From: Lama glama | Taxonomy: Eukaryota | DNA: 64,000 nt | Direction of reading: 5' to 3' | Assembly (NCBI GenBank): GCA_028534125.1 | Contig: CM052818.1 | Location: 12,154,001-12,218,000 of the forward strand | Shown here: one piece after another, positions 12,973-25,265 of the stretch | How the letters are laid out: each line of letters starts with the position of its first letter | Position numbering within the stretch: the first letter of the stretch is position 1 | The notes under the pieces: model-generated | What the model was told of the DNA's origin: nothing | The model's input: the letters and a program-made list of their open reading frames with translations, nothing else | The model's database searches: none | Position numbers and translations under genes: made by a program

Positions 12973-13844
12973 TGTGCTGGTACCAATAGAAGCTCCAAAA
13001 CAGAAGTGGTAACATGTTGCCACTCTGAGGACAAAGACTGGTGATTGGCAAAGAGTACAGGACCCTCGCCTCTCATCTAATATGATTGTTTTTACTCTGT
13101 GTGTGTTGTATTTGCTATAAGTTATTTTTAAAAGATCATAATTGGATCCTGGCCTAAAATATACCACCATCCTATGCACATTTAATCTGTATTTAATTTT
13201 ATTTCTTCCACTTCAATTTACTTTGCTTTGGATCATAAATGGAAATGAGCCAGCAGAAGGGAGACAACATCTATCCGCTCTGCCACCGGGCAGGAGTTCA
13301 CTGTTCTGGAACCTGAACACCATGAACTCTCACTAATGACCATAGATATGAACCTAGCAAAATACTTGTATATGAATTAATTGAAATGATACAAATTAAA
13401 AAATGTAGCTAATGTGAATGGGAATGGGAATACAAGTAGATATAATCCATTTAAGTGAATGCACTAGACCATTCATGTGGCCACAATTCCTCAAGCCCCA
13501 CTAAGTTTAAATATTTTCTGTATCTGGCCAGCTTCATTTATGTCTCCCCAGCAGCTTGCCTTAGCCTGGAAGAACTGTATGAGGGGAGAAGCCCCGTGCA
13601 CAGTGGGCACCTCTGGAGATGACAGTCTGAGTACAACATAGGACACACGAACTTCTTTCCCACTGTTACCCCAGCAGGTGTCTGGCCTTCCCAAATGAAG
13701 TATTTGGGGGAGTCATAAAATATTTTCAGATCTGTTTTCTCTTGAACATGTCATATTGAAGACAAGAAAAACAGACAATGAGGGTATCTTTAAATAAGGT
13801 CACAGTTGCATTTACATCAGTGAAAAAATGCTTTTGCTCCCCTG

Positions 13845-13955
13845 CCACACACACACGTCATACACACGTACATGATCCTCCCCCATCTAATTTACACACA
13901 CACACATCTAATTCTTTTTCACACACATGCACACATATATGCACACCCCACCACC
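13845..13955. repeat. Degenerate (CA)n-rich tract
   Basis: cacacacacgtcatacac...tacacacacacacatc...acacacatgcacacatatatgcacac. Confidence 0.8.
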
Positions 13956-16900
13956 ACGTCCTCACCCCAGGACTCGGATGATCAATGCCTGCCCCGGTCT
14001 TGCTCCTGCTGAAGTCTCACGTGAGTTCTAACAAACCCCCCTCTATAGCTGCCTCCTGTCACATGCTCTTCAGGACAGGATGAACACATCCACCGAAAAT
14101 CATGTTTTCTTTGCATCCTAACTGAAACAGCATTAAAGGGGGAAACGGGAACTCAGCGCTGCCAGCTACAGTATCTCTCCTATCAGTTCCCCAATAAGGC
14201 CTGGTAGGGACCTGCCGAGCCTCTGGATAAATTGTATTTTCCAGGGGTTAATTAAGCTGTCTTGAGCTTCTGCATGAAGAGGAACAAACTGGCACTTGCA
14301 GCGCTTTCTGAAACCTGCTGTCGACATTACAGTCCCTGCTGCTTTTAGCTGTATCGATCCGATGCCTGACCTGTGAAATCCTTGATGGCTGCTAACACTA
14401 GAAGCTTACTGGAGCTTTCCAAGGGAGCTTCGGGACAGCTTGTGTAGTCAGGTACAATTACCTATCCCTCCAGGAGAGCCAATTAGTTCACAAAGAGCTG
14501 GAGCAGAACAAATGTTTTGTATGTGATTTAGAATCCTAAAAAAGAAAGGAGAAAAAAAGAAGGAAAAAAAAGGCTTTGTTCCGTCTGATCCTTTTGTTCC
14601 TAATTTTATGATTATTGTTCGATTCACAGTGGTCCTCACATTTCCTCACATGTTTCTGAAAGAATTATAAGAATGTGATAAACCAGATTTACAGTTCTTC
14701 TCTCTAAACTATGAAAATTGCCTTGTGTCATTTAAGATCCAGTTTCTGGACTAATTGTATGAACTCAAAGGCAGGCAATCCAAGTTTGTTCTACTTTCTG
14801 CATTTCAGAAACTTTTTCTCTAACCAGTACAGTAAATTTTTAATCATAATGAATTGTTCCTTAAAAAAAAAAGAATGGATGGCAACTATTTCTGAAACTT
14901 GGCTTTGCAGACAGAATGTAAGAATAAGAGATTTCCAGGTAGAAATAGGCTACACATATTCAGACATAGAGCAACATCAGTATGATTGATTCTGAAATTA
15001 CACCTAAACTTAATGAATTGTCAGCTAATAAAGTGTGGTGTCCTTTGAACAAAAAGGTGGTACAACTGCTCTATCATCTGTACGCCCTTCGCCTGAGACT
15101 CCTTTTCCATCTGTAAGTGTTAGTATTACTGAGATATTTATACTCTCTCGCCCATTTTCCTTTGTGACCAGTGATATTCACTTCTGAGCTAGCTGCAGGG
15201 TGTGGTCTGTCCATCAAATACATTTTTCATTTATTTTTGTGTCTGAATACTATCTTGATGCTGCAGGAATCAATAATTAGCCCTCAAAGCATAGGGTACC
15301 AATAGAGTTAACTGTAAATGGAATTTATTGCATTCTAGAACGAAAAAGCATCACAATGAGGGGAAATGGCAATCAGTTATCATTTTTAATGTTGGAGACA
15401 AAACTTGCAAAAATCTGGTTTCAAATATTTTTTTGATGTAATAAAATTGTGTTTGCATATATATATGTGTGTGGTAGCTATGAAAGGAAATGGGACCAGA
15501 AGAGTAACATAAAAAAAAAAATGACATTAGGTATTCATCACAGAAACTTTTGGTCCCAGCTTAGATGAAGATAAACATTTGATTTCTGTTTCTGAAAGGC
15601 AGTAAAATAAACCTGACAAACAGATTTCATCATTTTTTAGAAATAAGTAATCCAAGGTCAAATCAGTCTCTGGACCTAAACTAGAGCCAAAAGTGCAAAG
15701 ATAGTAAAAACAAAATTAAAAAATCAGTCATCTAGGTTTTACCTTAGCTTCTCTTAGTAAAATCTGGTTTTATTAATTTGTAATAAAGTGATAATTGCAT
15801 AAAGAGAAGTAAGGGCCTAACGTAGACCTGAGGTAAGTGGAATTCTAAGCGTGCTTACACAGAAGCAGGGGGACGATCATGTCAACGTCTGTGTGCCTGG
15901 GAACCTCCTGTGTTCTGAGCAGGTCTGATGCTTGTACCACTGGTGCAGGCAATGTCAATGAGAGTAGATTTATGTTGCCTCAACTTCTCCATCTGAAGGC
16001 AAAATTACATGAGGTAGAAGATGAAAAGGCTCAGTCTTTTGTTGGTCTCTCTGTAAGATGGATTGGGAACTTGGTATTGATGGTGCTCTGCTGTTTCAAA
16101 TGCTTTCCTGTCTCTTTTATTAATGTCAAGTTGTTCTGAGACCATTCCATTTGGGTGTTGGAAAGGAGCTGATAAGTTTCTAGTACCGGAGAGTCCTAGC
16201 ATACACAATTTTGGAAAAAATTCTGGGAAAAAAATGACCCGGCATGATTCAGGGCTACATTCACTATTTCAGTCGGTAAGAGGCAAGCAGATGATGTTCA
16301 ACATTTTGGTTTGAGAATAAATGTCATGAAAATGAGATGGAAACCACGAGCTGAATTCTCCTGGATCCTCTCTTTTGTTGTATGGTCACTAATCATAGCC
16401 TCATCCTATCCAGGTGATTTGGCACATGTTATAATTTGTGCTCAGAGAAAGCGTTGGGTGGGTCATACAAATCCTTCACTTTTGCTAGAAAAGTAATCTA
16501 ATGTTGGTGTCTGTTGTGTAATCCTGAAATATGATGATTACTTATTATTAATGTGTGGTACCTACATATTACTTATTTACACTTCAGATTTATCTTTTAC
16601 AAGAGAAAAAGAATTTTCAAAGTACTGGTGAAAATTCTAATGACTATTTTTCTTCATAGTCATTCTCTGGAAGAGATGGTAAGAGTTTCGTCAACTCTTT
16701 CTCACTGTATAGGCCTTTTGAGTAGAATGTGACTTTAGTTTTACTTCAGTTCAAAGGGGCTATCAACGAAAGTTAACCTGGAAACTACAGGTATGAATCA
16801 ATAGAACTGACAGTTTTCCTATCTCTTTTTTTCACATCCTTCTACTAAGTCATCTATTAACTGGGAGAATAACTTCCTGAGGATTCAACTTGAATGCTTT

Positions 16901-17861
16901 CAATCTATTTAGCAGAATAAAGTACATGATGATCTGGTTTTTCTCAAACATAACAGGCCTGAGAGCTACACGCTGAAGACACAATGTACAGAGAAGATCC
17001 CAAATGACATTTTAATGTTTGAAATACCAGTGCTAAAAATAAATAACACAATAGCAAAGATTTTAAAACTGTGTTTTTATAGAGGAGTAGCTAGTTAGGG
17101 AGAATTGGTTTCTGAAAGCTTCATTTCTAAAGTATCAAGAATATTCTACTCATTGGAAAATTGCTGCTGATATTCTTGAAGTGCCTACTTCCTTCTCCAA
17201 CCAGAGCACAAAGACTCCATGTGTCTACACTCTGAGATGTACCTGGAAGTAGAGTTAAGTGTAATTCTTCATCTGAAGGCCTCGAGGAAGAGAAAGAGTG
17301 GATTTCCCAAACTTGATAGATGTGGGTGTTCAAATGAGGAAGTGAATAAAGAGTCAGACTCAAACACAGAAATTAAAGAGGCAGATAGAGGCGAGAGTGC
17401 TTATTCAAATTTAAATGTTTACTGCTTCATGGCCCGTTAGGGCATCCTGGAAGGAATCCTAGTGCAAAATAAATGAATGCAATTCTTAACAAATAATACC
17501 ATTAATACTACAGGATGTTCATTTCTTTTTTAAAATCTGTTGTTATGTTGAATGATATGTTTATTATTAACAGCAAGAGCATGACACTCTTAGTCTTAAG
17601 GTTATTTCTACATTAATCTAAATTCATCTCTCTGGAAAAATTTCCCATTCATAACCCTGATTTAGAACATCTAATAAAATCTTCCCAAAGGTAAGACACT
17701 TGCCCAAAAGATATCTGTCCTTTTTCCAAATGACATTTTAACTTTTGCCTTCTAAACAGTCTCTTCTGTCTTTAATTATTTCATTACAGACATAGAAGAA
17801 AAATCATCCATAAAAGCTAATAAAAACCATTCATTCTTATTCCCATTGCAGCTCAATTGCT

Positions 17862-18500
17862 CTTTCATTCATCAATTACTTAGTTCAGGCACACTATTTT
17901 CTAGGCACTGTGCTAGGCACTGCATTGATAATGGTAGACAAAAGAGACACATTCCTTATCTCCCATCGCTCATAGGCTAAGGAAGAGACTATTAAACTCA
18001 AATTGTAATAAGTGCTTAGGAAGGAAAAAACACACAGGTGTGTGAGAGCACTTAATGGAGTACCAGTAAGACAGTGTCTCCAGGAAGCATTCCCTAAGGG
18101 AGTGATGTTTGGGCCGTGATCTGAAGGATGTATGGCTATTAATTGGGAGATTATTCGAGGGATAGGGTGGCAACTAGCAGCTTCTAGGAATAATATTATG
18201 TGAAAAGGAGAAAATATCTGATAAGCTGAAAGGAGCCAGTAAGTTTGAGCACACTGAACCAGATGGAGAGAGGTCAGAGATAAGGCTGGGGCAGTAGGCA
18301 GAGTGCAGACCATGAAAACCATGGGGCACATGAAGGTGTTGGTCTTTGTTCCTGCAGTAGGAGGAAGCCATTGCAAGGCTATAAATAGGAAGGACTTCAT
18401 GAAATTTGAGTTTTCAAAATGTCACTCTGTCAAGCTGTGGAAAATGAATAGGTATGATGTAAGTGTCAGGCAGGTTAACGAGTTAAAAGGTGATGGCAGT
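17862..18500 (-). mobile_element. L2 LINE (L2a-like)
   Basis: ttcattcatcaa...ctaggcactgtgctaggcactg...tgatctgaaggatg...gtaggaggaagccattgcaagg, antisense L2a. Confidence 0.85.
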
Positions 18501-18569
18501 GGCCTTTCTATCCTGCATTTTCTGTACTAACTGTAAACTCTTGCCTGTTATTGTCCATCTAAAGACCCA

Positions 18570-18801
18570 GAACTGCCAGGTTTCAAACTATTCCAGCTTC
18601 CCTTGGTATATTAGAAAATGTGGTTGCACAGGTCTGAATTCCTAGATGGTGACAATTCCTCCATGATGACAACTGGCTGGAGCCATGAAGTGGTCGCCCT
18701 TCCCCTCTAAGCTGAGACACCTGCTCTCCAGTTTTCCAGAGTCCTTACCACCTGCATCACTCATCTGTCTTGTCCTGTAGGCATTTATATTTTTGGCCTT
18801 G
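18570..18801. mobile_element. MER102-like hAT-Charlie fragment
   Basis: ctggctggagcc...gctctccagtttt...cactcatct...cctgtaggcattt resembles recalled MER102 motifs. Confidence 0.55.
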
Positions 18802-19079
18802 TCAGTTCACTTTCAACATAGCCTGAGTGATGAACTTACATTTTAAAGCAAAATTTTTAATTTAGAAAATAAGGTAATGATGATGATGATTACCTGGAAT
18901 ACTGTGTTTTCTAAATATAATAAGACTAACTGACCAGTAAAATAATGAAGACATATTCATATATAAAAGCTAATGGACTTGTTAATTGGTTTCCCCCCAA
19001 ATAAGAGTAATACATTAATAAGTAATTTTTAAAAACCCTTATACTGACTAAATGAGAGGTGTCTCCCAAATACTCAAAA

Positions 19080-19579
19080 NNNNNNNNNNNNNNNNNNNNN
19101 NNNNNNNNNNNNNNNNNNNNNNNNNNNNNNNNNNNNNNNNNNNNNNNNNNNNNNNNNNNNNNNNNNNNNNNNNNNNNNNNNNNNNNNNNNNNNNNNNNNN
19201 NNNNNNNNNNNNNNNNNNNNNNNNNNNNNNNNNNNNNNNNNNNNNNNNNNNNNNNNNNNNNNNNNNNNNNNNNNNNNNNNNNNNNNNNNNNNNNNNNNNN
19301 NNNNNNNNNNNNNNNNNNNNNNNNNNNNNNNNNNNNNNNNNNNNNNNNNNNNNNNNNNNNNNNNNNNNNNNNNNNNNNNNNNNNNNNNNNNNNNNNNNNN
19401 NNNNNNNNNNNNNNNNNNNNNNNNNNNNNNNNNNNNNNNNNNNNNNNNNNNNNNNNNNNNNNNNNNNNNNNNNNNNNNNNNNNNNNNNNNNNNNNNNNNN
19501 NNNNNNNNNNNNNNNNNNNNNNNNNNNNNNNNNNNNNNNNNNNNNNNNNNNNNNNNNNNNNNNNNNNNNNNNNNNNNNN
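19080..19579. other. Assembly gap (500 N)
   Basis: Exactly 500 N. Confidence 1.
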
Positions 19580-20621
19580 GTTTTGCTTCAGTTAGATTCC
19601 ATCTGCATTGTGTCTTTCAGAAATACTTCAACTATGATGACAGTATTTTTTTCTATCAGGTTATCTTATATGATTACTGATTCATTCTTATTTTTATATC
19701 TTGGTATCATTCCAATGGTAGAAATAAGTTCATGTGTCTTCAGGTATTTTGATCTAATACAGAAGTTTCACATTTATAATAAATTCATATTTTAAAATTT
19801 AAAAATTCATATTTTAAAATATGCCTCATTTTCACACATGGTGTCAAAGATTGTATTATGAGGTACTTAAGACTACATGATAGTTGTGAAGTATAATCTG
19901 CTTCAAATCGTATTAAGTGAAGTTTACTCTGTGCAGGAGACAAGGTTAAGACAAGGCTTTTCATTTTTACTTCTAATATTTTCTATCCCATTTTGGACCG
20001 TGAGATATTCTTCTCCAACTCTTATAGATCACATTCCTCGCCCTATGACCCAGTCTTGGTAAGTATATTCTAAAACACCTTTCTGAGAGTCTGCTATCTC
20101 CATGTATCTTATGTGGGAGGAGGATCAGGTTAATTTAACATTTCCAATAATATATGTAAGTTCCAAACATAGGGCAGTGCACAATTTCTTTTCTCTGTGA
20201 GACTTAATCTTTACATATGCTGTCCTTTGTGCAGAAAATTAATGGCACTTTCAGTAGGCACTGTCTACTCACCCTTACATATTGAGAATCACATCAAGCT
20301 CATAATTTCAAGATATATAGGTGGGCCTTGAGATACACAGATTATGGCCAGGAAATTGAACCTATAAGCATGATCATAATATTGTAACTCTGAACTCAAT
20401 AGCACTAGAAAAAAGATAAGAGAGAGACTTTATACTTTTAGTGTGTTTACTTTTGGTAACTTGCAAAACTTTTTCCTCAAAAAGGAAAAGCTAAGTTACT
20501 TAGCTCAAGAAAAAAAATGACATATAGAAGACTCTGCTTTAGTAGAATGGAAAAAAAAAACACTCGACTAGTAGAAGTAAAGAAACAACTTCTTGAATTA
20601 ATTCTGGTACTAATTGAATAG

Positions 20622-21141
20622 CTTTGATGAGAAAGAAAAAAATCCTACCATTTGCAACAGCATGAATGGCCCTTGAGGGCATTATGTTAAGTGACATAAG
20701 TCAGGCAGAGAAATACAAAAATACTGTATAATATCACTTATATGTAGACTGTTAAAAAACGGAACTTGTAGAGATGGAGAATAGAATGGTGGTTGCCAGG
20801 GACTGGTAGTTGGAAGAATTGGAAAGAGGTTGCTCAAAGGGTATAAATTTGCAGTTAGAAGATTAGTAACTTGTGGAGATTATCACAGTACAGATTATAG
20901 TTAACAATACTGTATCATATACTTCAAAATTGCTAAAAGACTAGGTCATAAATGTTTTCACCACAAAAAAGAAATGATAGTCATGTGACGTAATGGAGAT
21001 GTTAGCTAAGGCTATGGTGGTAACTATATTGCAATATATAAATGTATCAAATCAACACGTTGTACATCTTAAACTTACACAGTACTATACGTCAATTATA
21101 TCTTTAAAATGATATGCACTTATTAAAGAAATTCCATTAAA
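20622..21141 (+). mobile_element. LINE-1 3' end (L1MA9-like) inserted into a MIR
   Basis: aaatcctaccatttgcaacagcatg...ataagtcaggcagagaaa...gaatggtggttgccaggg...aaatcaacacgttgtacatcttaaacttacac. MIR-like halves flank it at ~20540-20620 and ~21150-21240. AATTGAATAG occurs at 20612-20621 and 21142-21151. Confidence 0.85.
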
Positions 21142-22689
21142 AATTGAATAGGCCATTTAATCTATCTGTACCTTCATTCCCTCATCTTTAAACGGAAGGG
21201 ATTGGATTAAGTGGTATTTATTTCTCTGTCCATTCTGAAGACTCTTTCCTCTGTTTAAAACTCATTGTGAATAGAATGAATCACTAAAGAAGTCATTTTA
21301 GTTACTTTCTTCAATGGCTCAAGGTTTTTAGAATAGACAGTGCACAATTTGGGTAAAAATGGGTGTTGCATAATTATTTCCACTCTAGTGTTAGTAAAGA
21401 GAAGATGGAATACAAATACAGTCAAACAGGAGAATTTTGATGAGGAGTCTTTGTGTTTTGAACACTGAAACAAGTATTGGGTGATGGGATAGCATGAAGG
21501 TAGGGTGGGGGGAGGATGGGAGAACATAGAATGAAAGGTCTTACATGGAAAGACTTGAATTTACATTATCTTATGTAGTGTTATCTGTTATTATCTTCCT
21601 TATGATAATAATTTCCATCCAGTCTCTCTGAAGAATCCTTTTACTTATAAACAAATTCAGATTATGGCAGTGATACTAGTCCACTGTATTTTATTGTAAT
21701 GTACAATTGATAGAATTTATAATCAGAAAACATTTTTTCCCCCTGTAATTTCTTTTCTCCTTCTACTCTCTGGGCCTTTTGGTGGAAATATCTTCCTCTG
21801 TTACTGTGGCTGCCAACAAGTCACTCCTCATATTACTTTCTTTACCTATAAATGAGGATTACATCCCACCTTCCAAAATCACAGAAATGGTGTGAAAATA
21901 AACAAAATAAACTGCATTTGAAGATGAACTACAGGAACTATGTGACTTCCTTAAGATGCATTAAAGTAAATGTTTAGTATACAACTGCAATTCTAATATT
22001 TTCTTCAAATATAATAATAATTGCCATATTTCTTGGGATAGATTCAAAAATAATTTCCCTTTCTTCCTTGCTAGAACTATCCAGTTCATTCCTGGACTAA
22101 TGAATCACAAGGAAAATGTCTTATCAATAGTTAGAGTCCATATATAGACATGGGACAATGAGCAAGGGAGAGGCAAATCCATCATAAAGGAAAGTTGTGA
22201 CAAACGCTCAAAATGATCCTCTATGGAGAAAATAGTTATTTACAACCTAGACAAAAGTAAGCAGCACCAATTTCAAAAAATCAGATAAAAGATAAAGCAA
22301 ACTCTCTCTTTTTCTTTATAAGCAAGTCAAAACTGGCAACAGAGGTGGTGAAATAAGTATGTCATTCTCTTAGTTTCTGGATTATCCTCTTGATAAACTT
22401 TAAAAAAGAGTTATTCTGCTCACTCCTCCCCCATACCTTTTTATAGCTTAAGTTTTTAAGCTCTGAGCAGCTTGGATATAATTTGCATGAAGCTGTCATG
22501 GTCACACATCACTCTGACCTTGAGGAAGGTAATAAAAGACTGTGTCATCCAACAACATCTGATGAGAAGTTCAGAAAATGAAGTTGGTGAAGGTATCATT
22601 GACTTGTTAGTCAAGGTCCAAGGGGTCAGAGGACAAGTAAGGAAAACATATCCACAGACAAGTTCACTGCAGGTTTTTAGATTTCAATG

Positions 22690-22870
22690 GAGATGGCCTC
22701 AGTTCCCACCTGGACGTCTTGGGTCTGGGTCTCAATTAATGATGCAATAGTAGACTGTCACATTATTTCTTTTTCAGTTTCCTCATCTGTAGAATAGATT
22801 AACATCTACTCTCTCTTTCTCTTGAGGTTATTTTGAGGTGCAAATGAACTCATATATATGGAATACTCAC
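22690..22870 (+). mobile_element. MIR SINE
   Basis: ttcagtttcctcatctgtagaatag...ggttattttgagg...aaatga, MIR core. Confidence 0.7.
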
Positions 22871-22899
22871 ATAAATATTATTTTAATTTGTTTTTTTGT

Positions 22900-23025
22900 G
22901 TGCGTGTGTCTGCCTTGTAAACAATGTTGCTTCCAGATAAGGATACCTACGTTTAGAACACGTACCTAGCAAAATGCTTGGCACATGCTGTTTGTAAAAT
23001 GTTTGTTGAATATTTGTTGAATCAA
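22900..23025 (+). mobile_element. L2 3' tail
   Basis: cctagcaaaatgcttggcacatg...aaatgtttgttgaat. Confidence 0.65.
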
Positions 23026-23329
23026 AATGAAACTTAACTTTGAAAAATCACAGTTTAATATTACAATTAATAAATTAAAATATATCAAGATGTAAATTTT
23101 TTTCTTTCACTCTTGCCATCTCCTCTCTTTGGCTTCTTTCATCTCTATGGCCATCATTAAAATGCTGAAAACTGTCATTTATGTTCTCCTCTTTTCTTCC
23201 CTTGTGAGGGAGGAGCCAAAGCATTTCCCTTCGCCTTCTGGCATCAGCAATTTCTCCCTCCTTTTATATTTCTTTCTTTCTAGCATTTTAAGCTTTAGCA
23301 CAGCCTTTCTATTTTTTTAGGAACCACTC

Positions 23330-23622
23330 ATCACAATGTTTCCAGCTATCATCGAATCCCTTATCCTCCTTGAGAAGGAAATGTCAATCAAGCTGTTTAT
23401 TGTACTATTTAAAACAAATACTTCCATGTCCTTTCCACTAACTCCTTCCTAATGCTTTGCAATTTTACTTCCATTATTACACTCTTTCACAACTGTCCTC
23501 TATAAGGCCACCAGTGAATTCCTTCTGGACAAATGCCACTTTCTAGCCTCCCTTTACTGGCTCTTTCTACTGTGTTTTACTTCATCATTTTCCCTTTCTG
23601 CTTGTTACTCTTTTCTCACTTA
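23330..23622 (+). mobile_element. L2 ORF2 reverse-transcriptase remnant
   Basis: Pieces translate as HSFTTVLYKATSEFLLDK and LLALSTVFYF, compared with L2/CR1-clade RT motifs HSTETALxKVTNDLLLA and LLDLSAAFDT. Confidence 0.6.
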
Positions 23623-23625
23623 ATG

Positions 23626-25265
23626 CTTTTTTTTTTTTGTAATTGAAGTAGATTTGCATTGATTTATAATGTTGTGTTAGCTTCAGGTATATAGCATAGT
23701 AACTCAGTTATACATATATATACTACTCTTCAGATTCTTTTCCATTATAGGTTATTATAAGACATTGAATATAGTTCCTAGTATCATGTAGTATGTCCTT
23801 GTTGTTTATCTATTTTGTATATAATAGTGTATATATGTTAATGCCAGACTCCTAATTTATCTCTCCCCTACTTTCCCCTTTGGTAAGATTGTTTTCCCTG
23901 TCTGTGAGTCTATTTTTCTTTTGTAAATAAATTCATTTGTATCATTTTTTTTAGATTACACACATAAGTGATATCATATGATATTTGTCTTTCTCTGTCT
24001 GAATTACTTCACTTAATATGATAATCTCTAGGTCCATCCATGTAACTGTAAATGACATTATTTCATTCTTTTTTATGGCTGAGTAATATTCCATTGTATA
24101 TATACACCACATCTTCTTTGTCCATGTCTTGGCTATTGTATATTGTGTTTCTGTGAATACTGGGGTGAATGTATCTTTTCAAACTAGAGTTTTCTCCAGA
24201 TATATGCCCAGGAGTGAGATTGCTAGATCACATGGTAACTCTACTTTTAGTTTTTTAAGGAAACTTCAAATATTGGCTGCACCAATTTACATTCTCACCA
24301 ACAATATAGAAGGGTTCCTTTTTCTCCACACCATTTTGAGCATTTATTATTTGTAGACTTTTCGATGATGACCATTCTGACTGGTGTGAGGTGGTACCTC
24401 ATTGTAGTTTTGATTTGTATTTCTCTAATAATTAGCAATATTGAACACCTTTCCATGCACCTGTTGGCCATCTGGATGTCTTCTTTGCAGAAATGTCTAT
24501 TTAGGTCTTCTGCCCATTTTTTGAGTGTTTGTTTGTTTGTTTGTTTCATATTGAGCTGTATGAGCTCTTTGTATATTTTGAAAGGTAATCTCTTAACAGT
24601 CACATCATTTACAAATGTTTTCTCCCATTCCATAGGTTGTCTTTTCATTTTGTTTATGGTTTCCTTTTCTGTGTAAAAGCTTTTAAGTTTAATTAGGTAC
24701 CATTTTTTTTTACTTTTGTTTTTATTTCATTACTCTAGGAGACAGATAAAAAAAATTGCTGCAATTTATGTTCAAGAGTATTCTGCCTATGCTTTCCTCT
24801 AGGAGTCTTACAGTATCTGATCTTAAATTTAGGTCTTTAATCTTTTCTGAGTTTATTTTTGTATTTGATGTTAGAGAATGTTCTATTTTCATTCTTTTAC
24901 ATGTAGCTGTCTGGTTTTCCCAGCACCACTCACTGATTAGGCTATCTTTTCTCCATTGTATATTCTTACCTCCTTTGTCAGAGATTAATTGACCATAACT
25001 ATGTGGGTTTATTTCTGGTCTTTCTATCCAGTTCCATTGATCTATATGTCTGTTTTTGTCCTGGTGCCATGTTTTGATTACTGTAGGTCTGTGGAATCGT
25101 CTGAAGTCAGGAAGCCTGATACCTCCAGCTCCATTCTTCTTTCTCAAGACTGTTTTGGCTATTCAGGGTCTTTTGTGTTTCCACACAGATCTAAAAAATT
25201 TTTGTTCTAATTCTGTGAAAAATGCCATTGGTAATTTGATAGGCATTGTATTGATTGTCTTAGGT
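23626..25265 (-). mobile_element. 5'-truncated LINE-1 (cetartiodactyl-type 3' UTR plus ORF2 C-terminal part)
   Basis: Poly-T at 23627-23638. ORFs 24295-24648(-) ([28 protein letters not shown]) and 24722-25147(-) (KKNGAGGIRLPDF..IDQWNWIERPEINPH..DKGGKNIQWRKDSL) are L1 ORF2. Confidence 0.95.

Noticed and set aside
12652..13179. 175-aa ORF and overlapping K/R/E-rich ORFs
   Set aside because: Produced by the stop-free CT-rich tract inside an L2.
17894..18400. 168-aa minus-strand ORF
   Set aside because: Lies entirely within an L2 element.
19052..19795. Long ORFs spanning N runs (also 35416-36062 and 58076-58729)
   Set aside because: Artefacts of translating 500-N gaps.
20273..20360. Minus-strand exon candidate with an AGG|GTGAGT donor
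   Set aside because: Weak acceptor, stops in all frames, and no partner exon.
24295..25147. ORFs with clear protein homology
   Set aside because: Fragments of L1 ORF2 in a truncated, frameshifted copy, not a host gene.
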